DNA of 64,000 nt from Octopus bimaculoides (taxonomy: Eukaryota): positions 10,075,788 to 10,139,787 of the forward strand of contig NC_068997.1 in assembly GCF_001194135.2 (NCBI RefSeq). The letters run 5' to 3'. Position 1 is the stretch's first letter. Each line of letters starts with the position of its first letter. The translations under genes and the position numbers were made by a program. The notes beneath the pieces are model-generated. The model did not search any database, was not told the DNA's origin, and was given only the letters and a program-made list of their open reading frames with translations. Of this stretch, positions 40,263 through 51,151 are shown piece by piece.

Positions 40263-40560
40263 AAACACACAAGCCACATGGAAAACATTCTACTTCATCA
40301 GCTACCCCCGTTTTAACACCGGCGTTTCGAAGAGCTGGGCAGGACGCATCGTTAAAACGGCTCTTCCCATGGACCGCAAATTAAATTTGTATACACAAAT
40401 TAAATCTAGCCATAGAGGAATGTAGTGGCGGACAAAAAACAAGACAGGAAAACAAACAGAAAAGGCTTTACGGCCAGACGAGAAAAATTATGTGTGTATG
40501 AACGCTGTGAAGCACGAACTTGAAAGTAGGGACGAAGTGGTTCGCATGTTTGCTCGGCGA
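40263..40560. promoter_or_regulatory. CpG-retaining patch, possible promoter or first exon of an unidentified gene
   Basis: Dense CpGs (ccggcg, gacgcatcg, aaacgg, gcggac, tacggccagacg, ctcggcg) against CpG-poor flanks. The adjacent SINE at 41118-41425 also keeps its CpGs. Judged by eye, not computed. Confidence 0.3.
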
Positions 40561-41117
40561 TAGCCAAGGAAGAAAAGGATTATTGACTATATATATATAT
40601 ATATATATAGAAAGAGAGAGAGAGAATCACACAGCAAACAACATAATAGCAATATGAACTGTTTTGACCATCAAACTTGTATTTAAATAGAAACCTGAAA
40701 ATGATGAGTCTAATAAGTAAATCGATGCCATCGCTGCTGCTGCTGCTATAGAAAAATATTTATAAAAATATTTAAAAAAATAGAGCGTCATCTAGGATAT
40801 CTAGTCATAAGATCATCCTAGCCATGTTTTTATTGATATTATGGATAAAAGAAATCTCTTGATTTAAAAATCGATAATGAAAGAAACAAAACTCCAACCA
40901 AAAACAAAAACAAAAAAGAAACAAAAGAAAATGAGTAAAACAAAGAAACTCTAACAATGAAAGGCTATTGAACCAGAACTCAATGCATCCTACTTTATAC
41001 TGTATATTTGGCGCTGAGAATGTCCCTGGGTGTCAGTAGTTAAGCTGGTGCAATTGTAGTTTTGTAGTATAACTGTACTAGCTAGAAACGAATGAGATAT
41101 TTTTATATTCTTTTATT

Positions 41118-41425
41118 CTTATATTTGTTTCAGTCATTTGACTGCAGCCATGCTGGAGCACTGCCTTTTAGTTGAACAAATCGACCCCAGGACTTATTTT
41201 TTGTAAGCTTAGTACTTATTCTATCGGTCTCTTTTACCGAACCGCTAAGTTATGGGGACGTAAACACACCAGCATCGGTTGTCAAGCGATGTTGGACACA
41301 CACACACACACACATATTTGACGGGCTTCTTTCAGTTTCCGTCTACCAAATCCACTCGCAAGGCTTTGGTCGGCCCGAGGCTATAATAGAAGACACTTGC
41401 CTAAGGTACCACTCAGTGGGACTGA
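41118..41425 (-). mobile_element. SINE family B, CpGs largely intact, runs into a gap
   Basis: Reverse complement of the consensus. Other copies or fragments at about 960-1340, 16590-17215, 21660-21830, 22838-23190, 29840-30200, 48610-48900, 49640-50200, 52850-53415, 54700-54845, 55690-56030 and 56640-56800. Confidence 0.85.
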
Positions 41426-41812
41426 NNNNNNNNNNNNNNNNNNNNNNNNNNNNNNNNNNNNNNNNNNNNNNNNNNNNNNNNNNNNNNNNNNNNNNNNNNN
41501 NNNNNNNNNNNNNNNNNNNNNNNNNNNNNNNNNNNNNNNNNNNNNNNNNNNNNNNNNNNNNNNNNNNNNNNNNNNNNNNNNNNNNNNNNNNNNNNNNNNN
41601 NNNNNNNNNNNNNNNNNNNNNNNNNNNNNNNNNNNNNNNNNNNNNNNNNNNNNNNNNNNNNNNNNNNNNNNNNNNNNNNNNNNNNNNNNNNNNNNNNNNN
41701 NNNNNNNNNNNNNNNNNNNNNNNNNNNNNNNNNNNNNNNNNNNNNNNNNNNNNNNNNNNNNNNNNNNNNNNNNNNNNNNNNNNNNNNNNNNNNNNNNNNN
41801 NNNNNNNNNNNN

Positions 41813-41874
<62 letters not shown>

Positions 41875-44132
41875 TAGGCACCACGTCATTGTTGTGCAAG
41901 CAAAGTTGTTCATATCTAGTCTTCCTTGAAAAACATGTCTGGCCATGGGAAAATATCAGTTTGCTTGGAAACAGGTGGGGGTTGGCAGCAGGAAGGGCAT
42001 CCAGCTGTAGAAAAATCTGTCCTAGTAAATTCCATATGCAAGCATTGGAAAATGGATGTTAAATGATGATGATGATGACCTGTAATGAATTAAGTGTTGA
42101 TTAAGTGTAGTAGTTTAGCCAGTGGGCAGAAGTTCAATCCCTGGATCAGTCAGGCTATATCACAAATAGAAGAACTAGAATGGTGAATGAACTGAGAACA
42201 GTCTGCCCCTGTGCATTTAATAGAGTTTGGTTCAAGATTCCAAGACCATTATTAAATCTCTTGGGCACCCAATGATGGCCAGAGAGTGTAACGGTCAAAA
42301 TGTAGTGACTATAACAACCAAGATGAGGGTGCCGATACTAATATGTCACTGTATTAGGATTTCAACTGTACACAAACTCCAGAAACACTTATCAGTTACA
42401 TAGTGCCCCCTCCTACTTACCATGGTTAACCATAAAGTTTTTGTTTGTTAATTATTTTTAGCTTTTGCAGTTAACTTTATCCGTTATGTACACAGCATTC
42501 TTCTGGTGATAGGATGTGAAACATGGATTCACCGTTTCCTTGTTGCTTAACCTCCCCCCCCCCAAAAAAAAAAATTCATTCCCAACTGTGACTATTCCAT
42601 CTGCTTATTCTTTACTAGGTGTAGTGTTTGTGAAAGCACATGACATTGTGGTTAGGGCATTGGGTTCACGTTCTCTAGGTTGCGGGTTTGATTCTTGAAC
42701 TGGGTAGGTTATTGAAAGCCGTGGCCTTGAGCAAGGCACTTCATCCACTTTGCTTCAGTCCCTTCAGTTGTAAATAAAGTACCTGTGTCACCTGTGGAGG
42801 TTAACCTTTTGATAGCCTTGTTCATGCTCAGGTGGAAATCCTGTAGGCATAGTTGCTTAAAAGCCATGAAAACCTGGATAAATTTTGACTTAATGGCTCT
42901 GTAGACTGGAGACAAGACTTTAACTGTATGGGGTTTAAATGTATTGATCCTTTACACAAGAGGTCTTCTGGTAACAGGTTGTAAAATATGGATCCCCTTT
43001 TCCTCTCTTGATGCTATTTAGCTCCAAATTGGCCCCCAATTATGCAAATATCTGATCAAAACCTTTCCAGCTGTGACCATCCCAATTTTTTTGTTCCCTC
43101 TTGGCATAGTGTTCTTTGAATATCATCCAATATGGAGTGGTTGGCGTTAGGAAGGGCATCAAGCTGTAGAAACTCTGCCAAATCAGATTGGAGCCTGGTG
43201 TAGCCATCTGGTTTCACCAGTCCTCAGTTAAATCGTCCAACCCATGCTAGCATGGAAAGCGGATGTTAAACGATGATGATGATGAGGATGTCCTTTGATT
43301 TTCTTTTTATAGACAAGTAGAGTGTAATCTAAGAGAAATTTGGCTGTTATTTCTAGCAGGTTGAGTGACCATACAGAGATTTTCTCTTTGCTTCATTGTC
43401 TAATGGATAGGTGGTGTTGGGCAGTGGTGGGGTTCTTATTGACTTGGGCCTTTTAGTGCTACTCGCCTCTCGTAGGGGTAAAGACAGACAGTTGAAGTAA
43501 AGCATCTAGTGTGGTGCTTTGCTGCCATTGTCATCTCTACTTCTAGACAAGATTGACATGTGTTATGACATACCTCAACAGTATACAACTGAAATATTGC
43601 ACAGCAAAACTCTTTCCGTTTTCTTTTTTTTGTTTTTACTTTTTACTTTTACCCAGTAAACATTTTTACATATGTAACCTTCGTCCCCCACCAAAAAAGA
43701 ACAAAAAAAAAAGAAACAAAGAAAAAAACAATCACTTCATAACAACATTTATAATGATATCTGGAATAAATTACTGACACTTACTGGAAAAAACCCAAAG
43801 AAAGAGGAAGATGTGGAAATATATTTCTACGCACACACCCACCCACCCATATATCATCATCATCATCATCATCATTTAACATATGCTTTCCGTGCTGGCA
43901 TGGGTTGGACAGTTTGATAGGAGGTGGTAAGGCAAGGAGCCACATCACTCATGAATTTAATTGACTCCCATTTGAGTATATATTTTAATTATAACTGAAG
44001 AACACCATCAGAACAGCATCGATATTACAATGTAAAAAATTTCAGCCTGTTTACTGCATCTTTAGGGATGAAAACTGTTTTAATACTTACACTGCCATGA
44101 ACTGTTTTATCCTTTGATATATATATTGTGTT

Positions 44133-44517
44133 GTGGAGGCGCAATGGCCTAGTGGTTAGGGCAGCGGACTCGCGGTTGTAGGATCGCAGTTTCGATTCCC
44201 AGATCGGGCGTTGTGAGTGTTTATTGAGCGAAAACACCTAAAAAGCTCCACGAGGCTCCGGCAGGGGATAGTGGCGAACCCTGCTATACTCTTTCACCAC
44301 AACTTTCTCTCACTCTTACTTCCTGTTTCTTTTGTGCCTGTAATTCAAAGGGTCAGCCTTGTCACACTGTGTCACGCTGAATCTCTCCGAGAACTACGTT
44401 AAGGGTACACGTGTCTGTGGAGTGCTCAGCCACTTGCACGTTAATTCCACGAGCAGGCTGTTCCGTTGATCGGATCAACTGGAACTCTCGACGTCGTAAG
44501 CGACGGAGTGCCAACAC
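44133..44517 (+). mobile_element. Full-length tRNA-derived SINE (family A) with 12-bp TSD
   Basis: A box TGGCCTAGTGG, B box GTTTCGATTCC. TSD ATATATTGTGTT at 44121-44132 and 44518-44529. Confidence 0.92.
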
Positions 44518-44580
44518 ATATATTGTGTTACCTGAGTGGATTTGAACTACCCAGTCATCTATCTTCTCTGCCTACTATTC

Positions 44581-44770
44581 CTAGGAGGATCGTGGAGGTA
44601 GTGTCATCTGTCATCTGTCATCTCCTCCATAAGCTCCTATCAGAAACAAGCATCTTTACATTTCCCCAGCTTCCCAAGCATGACCAACTGCAACTATAGA
44701 TATTATCCAACAGTCTCATTCCTGCTTTCCCTCTAGATCTCCTGCCAATTGGCTCAGCTTGAAGAATCCG
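44581..44770 (-). mobile_element. Second RTE/Expander-like LINE, C-terminal fragment
   Basis: Hand translation RILQAEPIGRRSRGKAGMRLLDNIYSCSWSCLG...SDRSLWRR*, then LPPRSS. Resembles the RTE/Expander GRRPRGRPRTRWLD...LAWSRLG...DR..WR...LPPRP terminus. Confidence 0.6.
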
Positions 44771-45272
44771 TCTTGCGATTCAGTTCTGTGACATTCTAAT
44801 TACATGACCATAGTACCAGAGTGGCGACCTCTCAATGTAGATTTGAACTAAAACCCTTTGTTTCTAGACTACACCTAGAAATGCATTTAGCCACTTGACC
44901 ACCAGCATTTAGCTTCATTGTTTTAGATAATGTATCATTAACATTGTTAAAATGCTTCCCTTTCTTGTAGTTTAATCTATTGAGTTCATTGATTCACAAA
45001 TATTCATGAATCTGTCCTTGACCTAGTTCTTTGTTGTTGTTGTTATTGTTATCATTATCGCCATTAGCAGCAGTTGTATAAAATTTATATTTCTGGTTAG
45101 ACAGCTGCAAGAGGACTATTTAGCAAACAACAAATAACTTTCATATTGTAGAATTTAACAAATGCTTTTGACAGTTGTGACTGGTGAGAAACGACAAAGC
45201 ATGCTCGATTTTGAAAGTAGGACTGAGTGAGATAGAGTGAGTGGTTTTATTAAATGCAGGTATATATATATA

Positions 45273-45640
45273 GGCGCAGGAGTGGCTGTGTGGTAAGAAG
45301 CTTGCTTCCCAACCACATGGTTCTGGGTTCAGTCCCACTGTGTGGCATGATAGCCTCGGGCTGACCAGAGCCTTGTTGAGTGGATTTAGTCGACAGAAAC
45401 TGAAAGAAGCCCGTCATATATATGTATATGTATGTATTTTTGTGTCTGTATTTGACCCCCACCATTGCTTGACAACTGATGTTGGGGCGTTTACGTCCCT
45501 GTAACTTAGCAGTTCGACAAAAGAGACTGATAGAATAAGTACTAGGCTTACAAAGATTAAGTCCTCTGGTTGGTTTGTTTGACTAAAAGTGGTGCTCCAG
45601 TATGGCCGCAGTCAAGATGACTGATTCAAATAAAAGAACA
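45273..45640 (+). mobile_element. SINE family B, near full length
   Basis: Same consensus as 20828, with a small internal deletion. Confidence 0.85.
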
Positions 45641-47203
45641 AAAAAATATACACACAAACACACAGAAGCGCCTTTGATTTTGAGCAGATACTAATCCAAC
45701 ACAGGCACACAAATGTGCTAATTGTCAACATTTCATTAACCCGTCATCGTTTAAACTGGCCATATCCAGCCCCAAAATTCTACTTGTTTTATGATCTAAC
45801 CATCCAGATCTGGCTTCTTACATCTATCCTACAATGTCATTCTAAAACTAAACAATCACATTATCAAAGACCTGAAGCTATGAGATAATGCATGGTTAAT
45901 TCAAGAGCAGATCAGTAAATCAGCATTACATTTGACGGAGTCATTTGAATACTAAAGGGTTAACAGGCATGGATTGGACAGTTTGACGGGAGCTGGCAAA
46001 CCATGGTTTCTACAGCTGTATGTCCTTCCTAATGCCAATACTAAAGGGTTAACTAACTCATTATAACACTAATGTGCTACATCTTCCTTTGGCTACTTTT
46101 ACTGTTACCATATTGGCTTCGTCTCCAGCTCCCTCAAAGTATCAAACTGTGCACCATTCCATGTATCTTCCTCTCTTTCTCTCATCCTTCTTATTCTGCC
46201 TTAAACTTCTGTAAAAAGAAATTTGGTTATTCCTTTCTTCTGTAGAACTGGTCTTCTCTCTGAACACTCTCTTCCTTGCCCATGTTTTCCCTCCAGGCCT
46301 CAGCTTGCAGAGATGTTAAAACAGAATGTGACCAGGGTAGCCAGGTTTCATTAATGAGCCACACAAAATTTTTGAGAAGTTGTGACTTGCATTGGAAAGT
46401 AGCCCAAAATGAAGTGGTACCAAGGATAGGACACACACACACTCTCTGTGTCTCTCACACACGTGGACACACGTGTGTATATATATANNNNNNNNNNNNN
46501 NNNNNNNNNNNNNNNNNNNNNNNNNNNNNNNNNNNNNNNNNNNNNNNNNNNNNNNNNNNNNNNNNNNNNNNNNNNNNNNNNNNNNNNNNNNNNNNNNNNN
46601 NNNNNNNNNNNNNNNNNNNNNNNNNNNNNNNNNNNNNNNNNNNNNNNNNNNNNNNNNNNNNNNNNNNNNNNNNNNNNNNNNNNNNNNNNNNNNNNNNNNN
46701 NNNNNNNNNNNNNNNNNNNNNNNNNNNNNNNNNNNNNNNNNNNNNNNNNNNNNNNNNNNNNNNNNNNNNNNNNNNNNNNNNNNNNNNNNNNNNNNNNNNN
46801 NNNNNNNNNNNNNNNNNNNNNNNNNNNNNNNNNNNNNNNNNNNNNNNNNNNNNNNNNNNNNNNNNNNNNNNNNNNNNNNNNNNNNNNNNNNNNNNNNNNN
46901 NNNNNNNNNNNNNNNNNNNNNNNNNNNNNNNNNNNNNNNNNNNNNNNNNNNNNNNNNNNNNNNNNNNNNNNNNNNNNNNNNNNNNNNNNNNNNNNNNNNN
47001 NNNNNNNNNNNNNNNNNNNNNNNNNNNNNNNNNNNNNNNNNNNNNNNNNNNNNNNNNNNNNNNNNNNNNNNNNNNNNNNNNNNNNNNNNNNNNNNNNNNN
47101 NATTTACTTACCGATTTAATGATAATTAGCAGCTTTCTTACTTTTGAAAATTAAAATTTTTAAATTAGCGAGTCGTCCACATTGGAACGACAGCAACGTG
47201 CAG

Positions 47204-47337
47204 TCATAAATGTAGCACATCGACTACCTGTTGCTTAATCTGGCAGAGCTGAACACCACCTAAATCAGCGACTTCATTTGGTGGTGGTGGAGCAGTTTGC
47301 ACCTGTTTAAAACTACCTCCAGCATCACCACTGTCAC
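47204..47337 (-). CDS. Candidate terminal coding exon of ATF2/7: (G)DSGDAGGSFKQVQTAPPPPNEVADLGGVQLCQIKQQVVDVLHL*
   Basis: Non-repetitive open frame compatible with the phase-1 end of exon F. The acceptor (tgatattgataag) is weak and there is no recognisable homology. Confidence 0.22.
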
Positions 47338-49383
47338 CTTATCAATATCACAGCCAATCCTTGTATCTTTTTATGATTTTGAAGCATTAAAAAAAAAAAA
47401 AAATGCAAAGTTAATATGAATAATAGGCTTCATTTAAGTGTTTTTTGTTGTTTTTTTTGTCACAACAGTCTTCATCACATTTTCAGCATCACCTTTATCA
47501 TCGTCATTTCTCGTCATTCATCGCCCACTCTTTCCATGACCGTCTCTGTTTGTCATCCTTATCCCCACCACCCCACCCTACCCCACCTCACTCACTGTCT
47601 CCGCCATCATTGCATCATCGTTGTCATCATTACTGTCAGTATGCAATCATCGTTAATGTCGTTACCATTGTCATTGCCACCGTGTCAGACATTTTGATGG
47701 TTATAAATTCTGTTAATCTGACTGATGGTTTCTATAGATATATCCGAGAATGGAAGCTTACCATCCATCAACATCATCATCATCATCATCATCATCGCCT
47801 ACTGCCACAGCAACACAACTTCTACTGATTCCATTATACCACCACCACCACCACCACCACCTTGCCTGTTCAGTTCTTATTTACACATCTATTTCTATAT
47901 GGCACTTAATTCAATTGATTTCTTTGCCCTCCCCCACTCTTTATGTCTCATTCCTCCTCCTCCCTGTGTCATCTATTCATTTATTAGATATTGCAATCTC
48001 TCTCTCTCTCTCTGTCTGCTTTCTTTTCTTTATCCACCCTCACCTTCCCTTGTTACCTTCTGCTTCTCTCCTAGCTCCCCCCCCATCTCACAACAAAATC
48101 TTCACAATCTTTTAATGTTTTTTATGCCTTTTTTTTTCTTTTACTGTTAGCTGAATACCTAGCATGTTCATCCATGTTTCCATCATCATCATCATCATCA
48201 TCATTGATGTATATAGAGGGTGATTCAAGAGGATTTTTAGCATTAGCATTTAAACGATATGTGATTTTTATTTTGTCTTAATTTAGTTTTGATATAGTTT
48301 TAACTCTGACTTTGCTATTTTGTTACGTAAATGCATGCATATATTTATACATTTATCATCATCATCGTTTAATGTGCATTTTCCATGGGGGCATGGGTTG
48401 GACGGTTTACAGGAGCTGGCCAGGTAGAAAAACTTCCCTATGCTACTGTGTCTGTTTTGGCAGGGGTTTTATGGCTGGATGCCCTTCCTAACACCAACCA
48501 CCCTGCAGAGTGGACTCAGTGCTTTTTATGTGGCCCCAGCACAGGCAAGGTCAGTTTTGGCATGATTTTACCAGCTGGATGCCCTTCCAAATGCCAACCA
48601 CTTTACAGTGTGGCTGTGTGGTAAGGATAGGTGCAGGTGTGGCTGTGTGGTAAGAAGCTTGCTTCCCAACCACATGGTTCCAGGTTCAGTCCTACAGTGT
48701 AGCACCTTGGGCAAGTGTCAGCCTCGGGCTGACCAAAGCCTTGTGAGTGGATTTGGTAGATATAAACTGAAAGAAGCCTGTCGTATATACACACACATAT
48801 ATATATATATGTATATCTCTTTACTCTTTACTCGTTTACTTGTTTCAGTCATTTAACTGCGTCCATGCTGGAGCACTGCCTTTAGTCAAGCAAATCGACC
48901 CCAGTTATAATATAGAGGCCTACTCAAAGTACAAACGTATGCATATGCTTTATGAGATATGTAGACCACAATCACTTGATTACATAAAGAGGAGTCTGAG
49001 TCAGAGGTGCCAATAATAGAGGAGTCGGAGTCCAAGTCGAATTTTTTGTTTCGATTCCACAGTCCTGGTTACTGGCTCTAGTAAGGTCACCTAGTGACTC
49101 ACAAGTCGAGGACCATCAACTGAGTAGGATGGTGGGATGGATGGAGTAGTATTGAGGGAGGTGGTTTTATGTCAGGTGATGAGAGGTAAAAAGTATGGTA
49201 GCAGGATAGGACAGGAAAAGATGTTTTGCTGTGGAGGAGAGATACATGGCTACTTCCTGTTGGGGAAAAAGAGAAAGTGAGAAATCATATGTAGTCAGTC
49301 ATATATTAGACGGGACAGTTTTATGTGGGATGAACTAGTAACCAGAAAGCAAGTGAGAAGCGTCTTTCTTTTGAAAGAAACCC

Positions 49384-49425
<42 letters not shown>

Positions 49426-50344
49426 CTGTCATTTATGTTTTTCTCTTTTATTCTTTCAGAGTTACTAGTTGTCTTCTGTTGGTGCCATGAACCTCGGATT
49501 CTCTTTAGTCGTAACCTCTCCTGATGTAGCTGAAAACTAACCCTACTTGCTCAAGTCGGGGAGCTTGGTGTTCATGAAGCTCCCCAACTCCATCAAGACC
49601 CCCTGAAGGTATGGAGACTAGATTTCTGTTTGTTCTCTTACTCGTTTGCTTCTTTTTTGGGTCCTTTGACCGTGGCCATGCTGGAGCACTGCCTCTAGTC
49701 GAACAAATTGCCCCCCCTCCCAGGACTTATTCTTTGTAAGCCTAGTACTTATTCTATTGGTCTCTTTTTGCCAAACTGCTAAGTTTCGTTCATGTAAACA
49801 CACCAGCATTGGATGTCAAGTGGTGTGGTGGGGGGACAAACAGACACACAAACACACACACACACACACACACACNNNNNNNNNNNNNNNNNNNNNNNNN
49901 NNNNNNNNNNNNNNNNNNNNNNNNNNNNNNNNNNNNNNNNNNNNNNNNNNNNNNNNNNNNNNNNNNNNNNNNNNNAAATCTGACTACAATATTTCATTTT
50001 TTTAATTCTTTTACGTGTTTCAGTTCATTTGACTGTGACCATGCTGGAGCACCGCCTTTAGTCGATCAAGTCGACCCCAGGACTTATTCTTTGTAAGCCT
50101 AGTACTTATTCTATCGGTCTCTTTTCCAGAACCCCTAAGTTACGGGGATGTAAACACACCAACATCGTTTGTCAAGTGATAGTGGGGAGGACAAACAAAC
50201 ACACATACACATGCACACTCATGGTTTAGTTACAAACATTGAATGCAGTACTTTTTTTTTTTTGTCCTAAGTCTGGTACTTATTCTATCACTTACTTATG
50301 CTGAACTGTTGATTTACAGGAATATAAACAAACCAGTAAAGGTA

Positions 50345-50662
50345 GATGGCTCAGTGGTTAGAGCATCGGGCTCACAAACATGAGGTACTGTGTTCAATTC
50401 CTGAACTGGGCTGGTGTTGTGTTCTTGAGCAAGATACTTTATTTCACATTGCTCCAGTTCACTCAGCTGTAGAAATGAGTTGTGACATCACCGGTGCCAA
50501 GCGGTATCTGTCCCTTTTGCTTCAGTGGCATAGAGGGGAGAAGGCTAGTATGCATGGGCGACTGTTGGTTTTTCATAAACAACCTTGGCTGGACTTGGAC
50601 CTCAGAAGGTAACGTTCTAGGTGCAATCCCATGGTCATTCATGACCGGAAGGGACCTTTACC
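50345..50662 (+). mobile_element. SINE family D
   Basis: Same consensus as 12745. Confidence 0.83.
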
Positions 50663-51033
50663 CTTATAAACAAACTAACACCAGTGATCAAGCAGTGTTG
50701 GGAACACATACAAATACAAATCCACACACAGAATGTGTGTGTGTGTGTGTATGTGTGTTTGTGTAAAAGATGGACTTCCACACAGTTTCCATCTACCAAA
50801 TTCACATGTAAGGGACAGGTTGACCTGGAGCTATAGCAGAAGTTGTTTGCTCGAGGTGGTGTGCAGTAGAACCAAACCCCCAAAGCCCAGTGAACTTCTT
50901 ATGGGTCCCCCCACCCACCAACCCACCTCCTCATTTCATTATTGCTTTAATTTCCCTGAAGAAATGTCTAACAATGTGAGTTTGTTTGCTAATAAATTCT
51001 TTTTAAAAAGACAGAAGAAAACATGCCGCTTAC

Positions 51034-51151
51034 CTGCTTGTATGGAAAGTTGCCCCATTGATTTTTGTTGTAGTGTAATAGGACAATCCTTGTGAGCAAG
51101 TAATAATGATTTTAATTGAGCCACTTCTGTACGTAAAAGATTTACTTCACT
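51034..51151 (-). CDS. ATF2: ATF2/7 coding exon F (118 nt): SEVNLLRTEVAQLKSLLLAHKDCPITLQQKSMGQLSIQA
   Basis: Acceptor gattttcag, donor G|gtaagc (phase 1). Zipper end with the conserved LLLAHKDCP motif. Confidence 0.97.

Noticed and set aside
40290-40370. Hammerhead or HDV-like ribozyme on the minus strand (GAAACG... and CTGATGA nearby)
   Set aside because: Core elements are in the wrong order or overlap the helices, and P3/J4/2 do not fit. Kept only as a pseudoknot-like observation.
44133-44210. tRNA gene (also 12745, 35246, 50345, 58961, 63210-63281, 200-272)
   Set aside because: A and B boxes are present but the cloverleaf is incomplete, and each continues into a SINE body with a tail or TSD.
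46227-46442. Minus ORF with LINETWL (endonuclease-like) and a strong plus-strand acceptor at about 46236
   Set aside because: A single short motif with no other APE residues. Neither strand gives an identifiable product.
49558-49616. Short hairpins GGGGAGCTT/AAGCTCCCC and CTCCAT/ATGGAG (terminator-like)
   Set aside because: There is no U-tract, intrinsic terminators are not relevant in this eukaryotic context, and the hairpins probably belong to a decayed retroelement.
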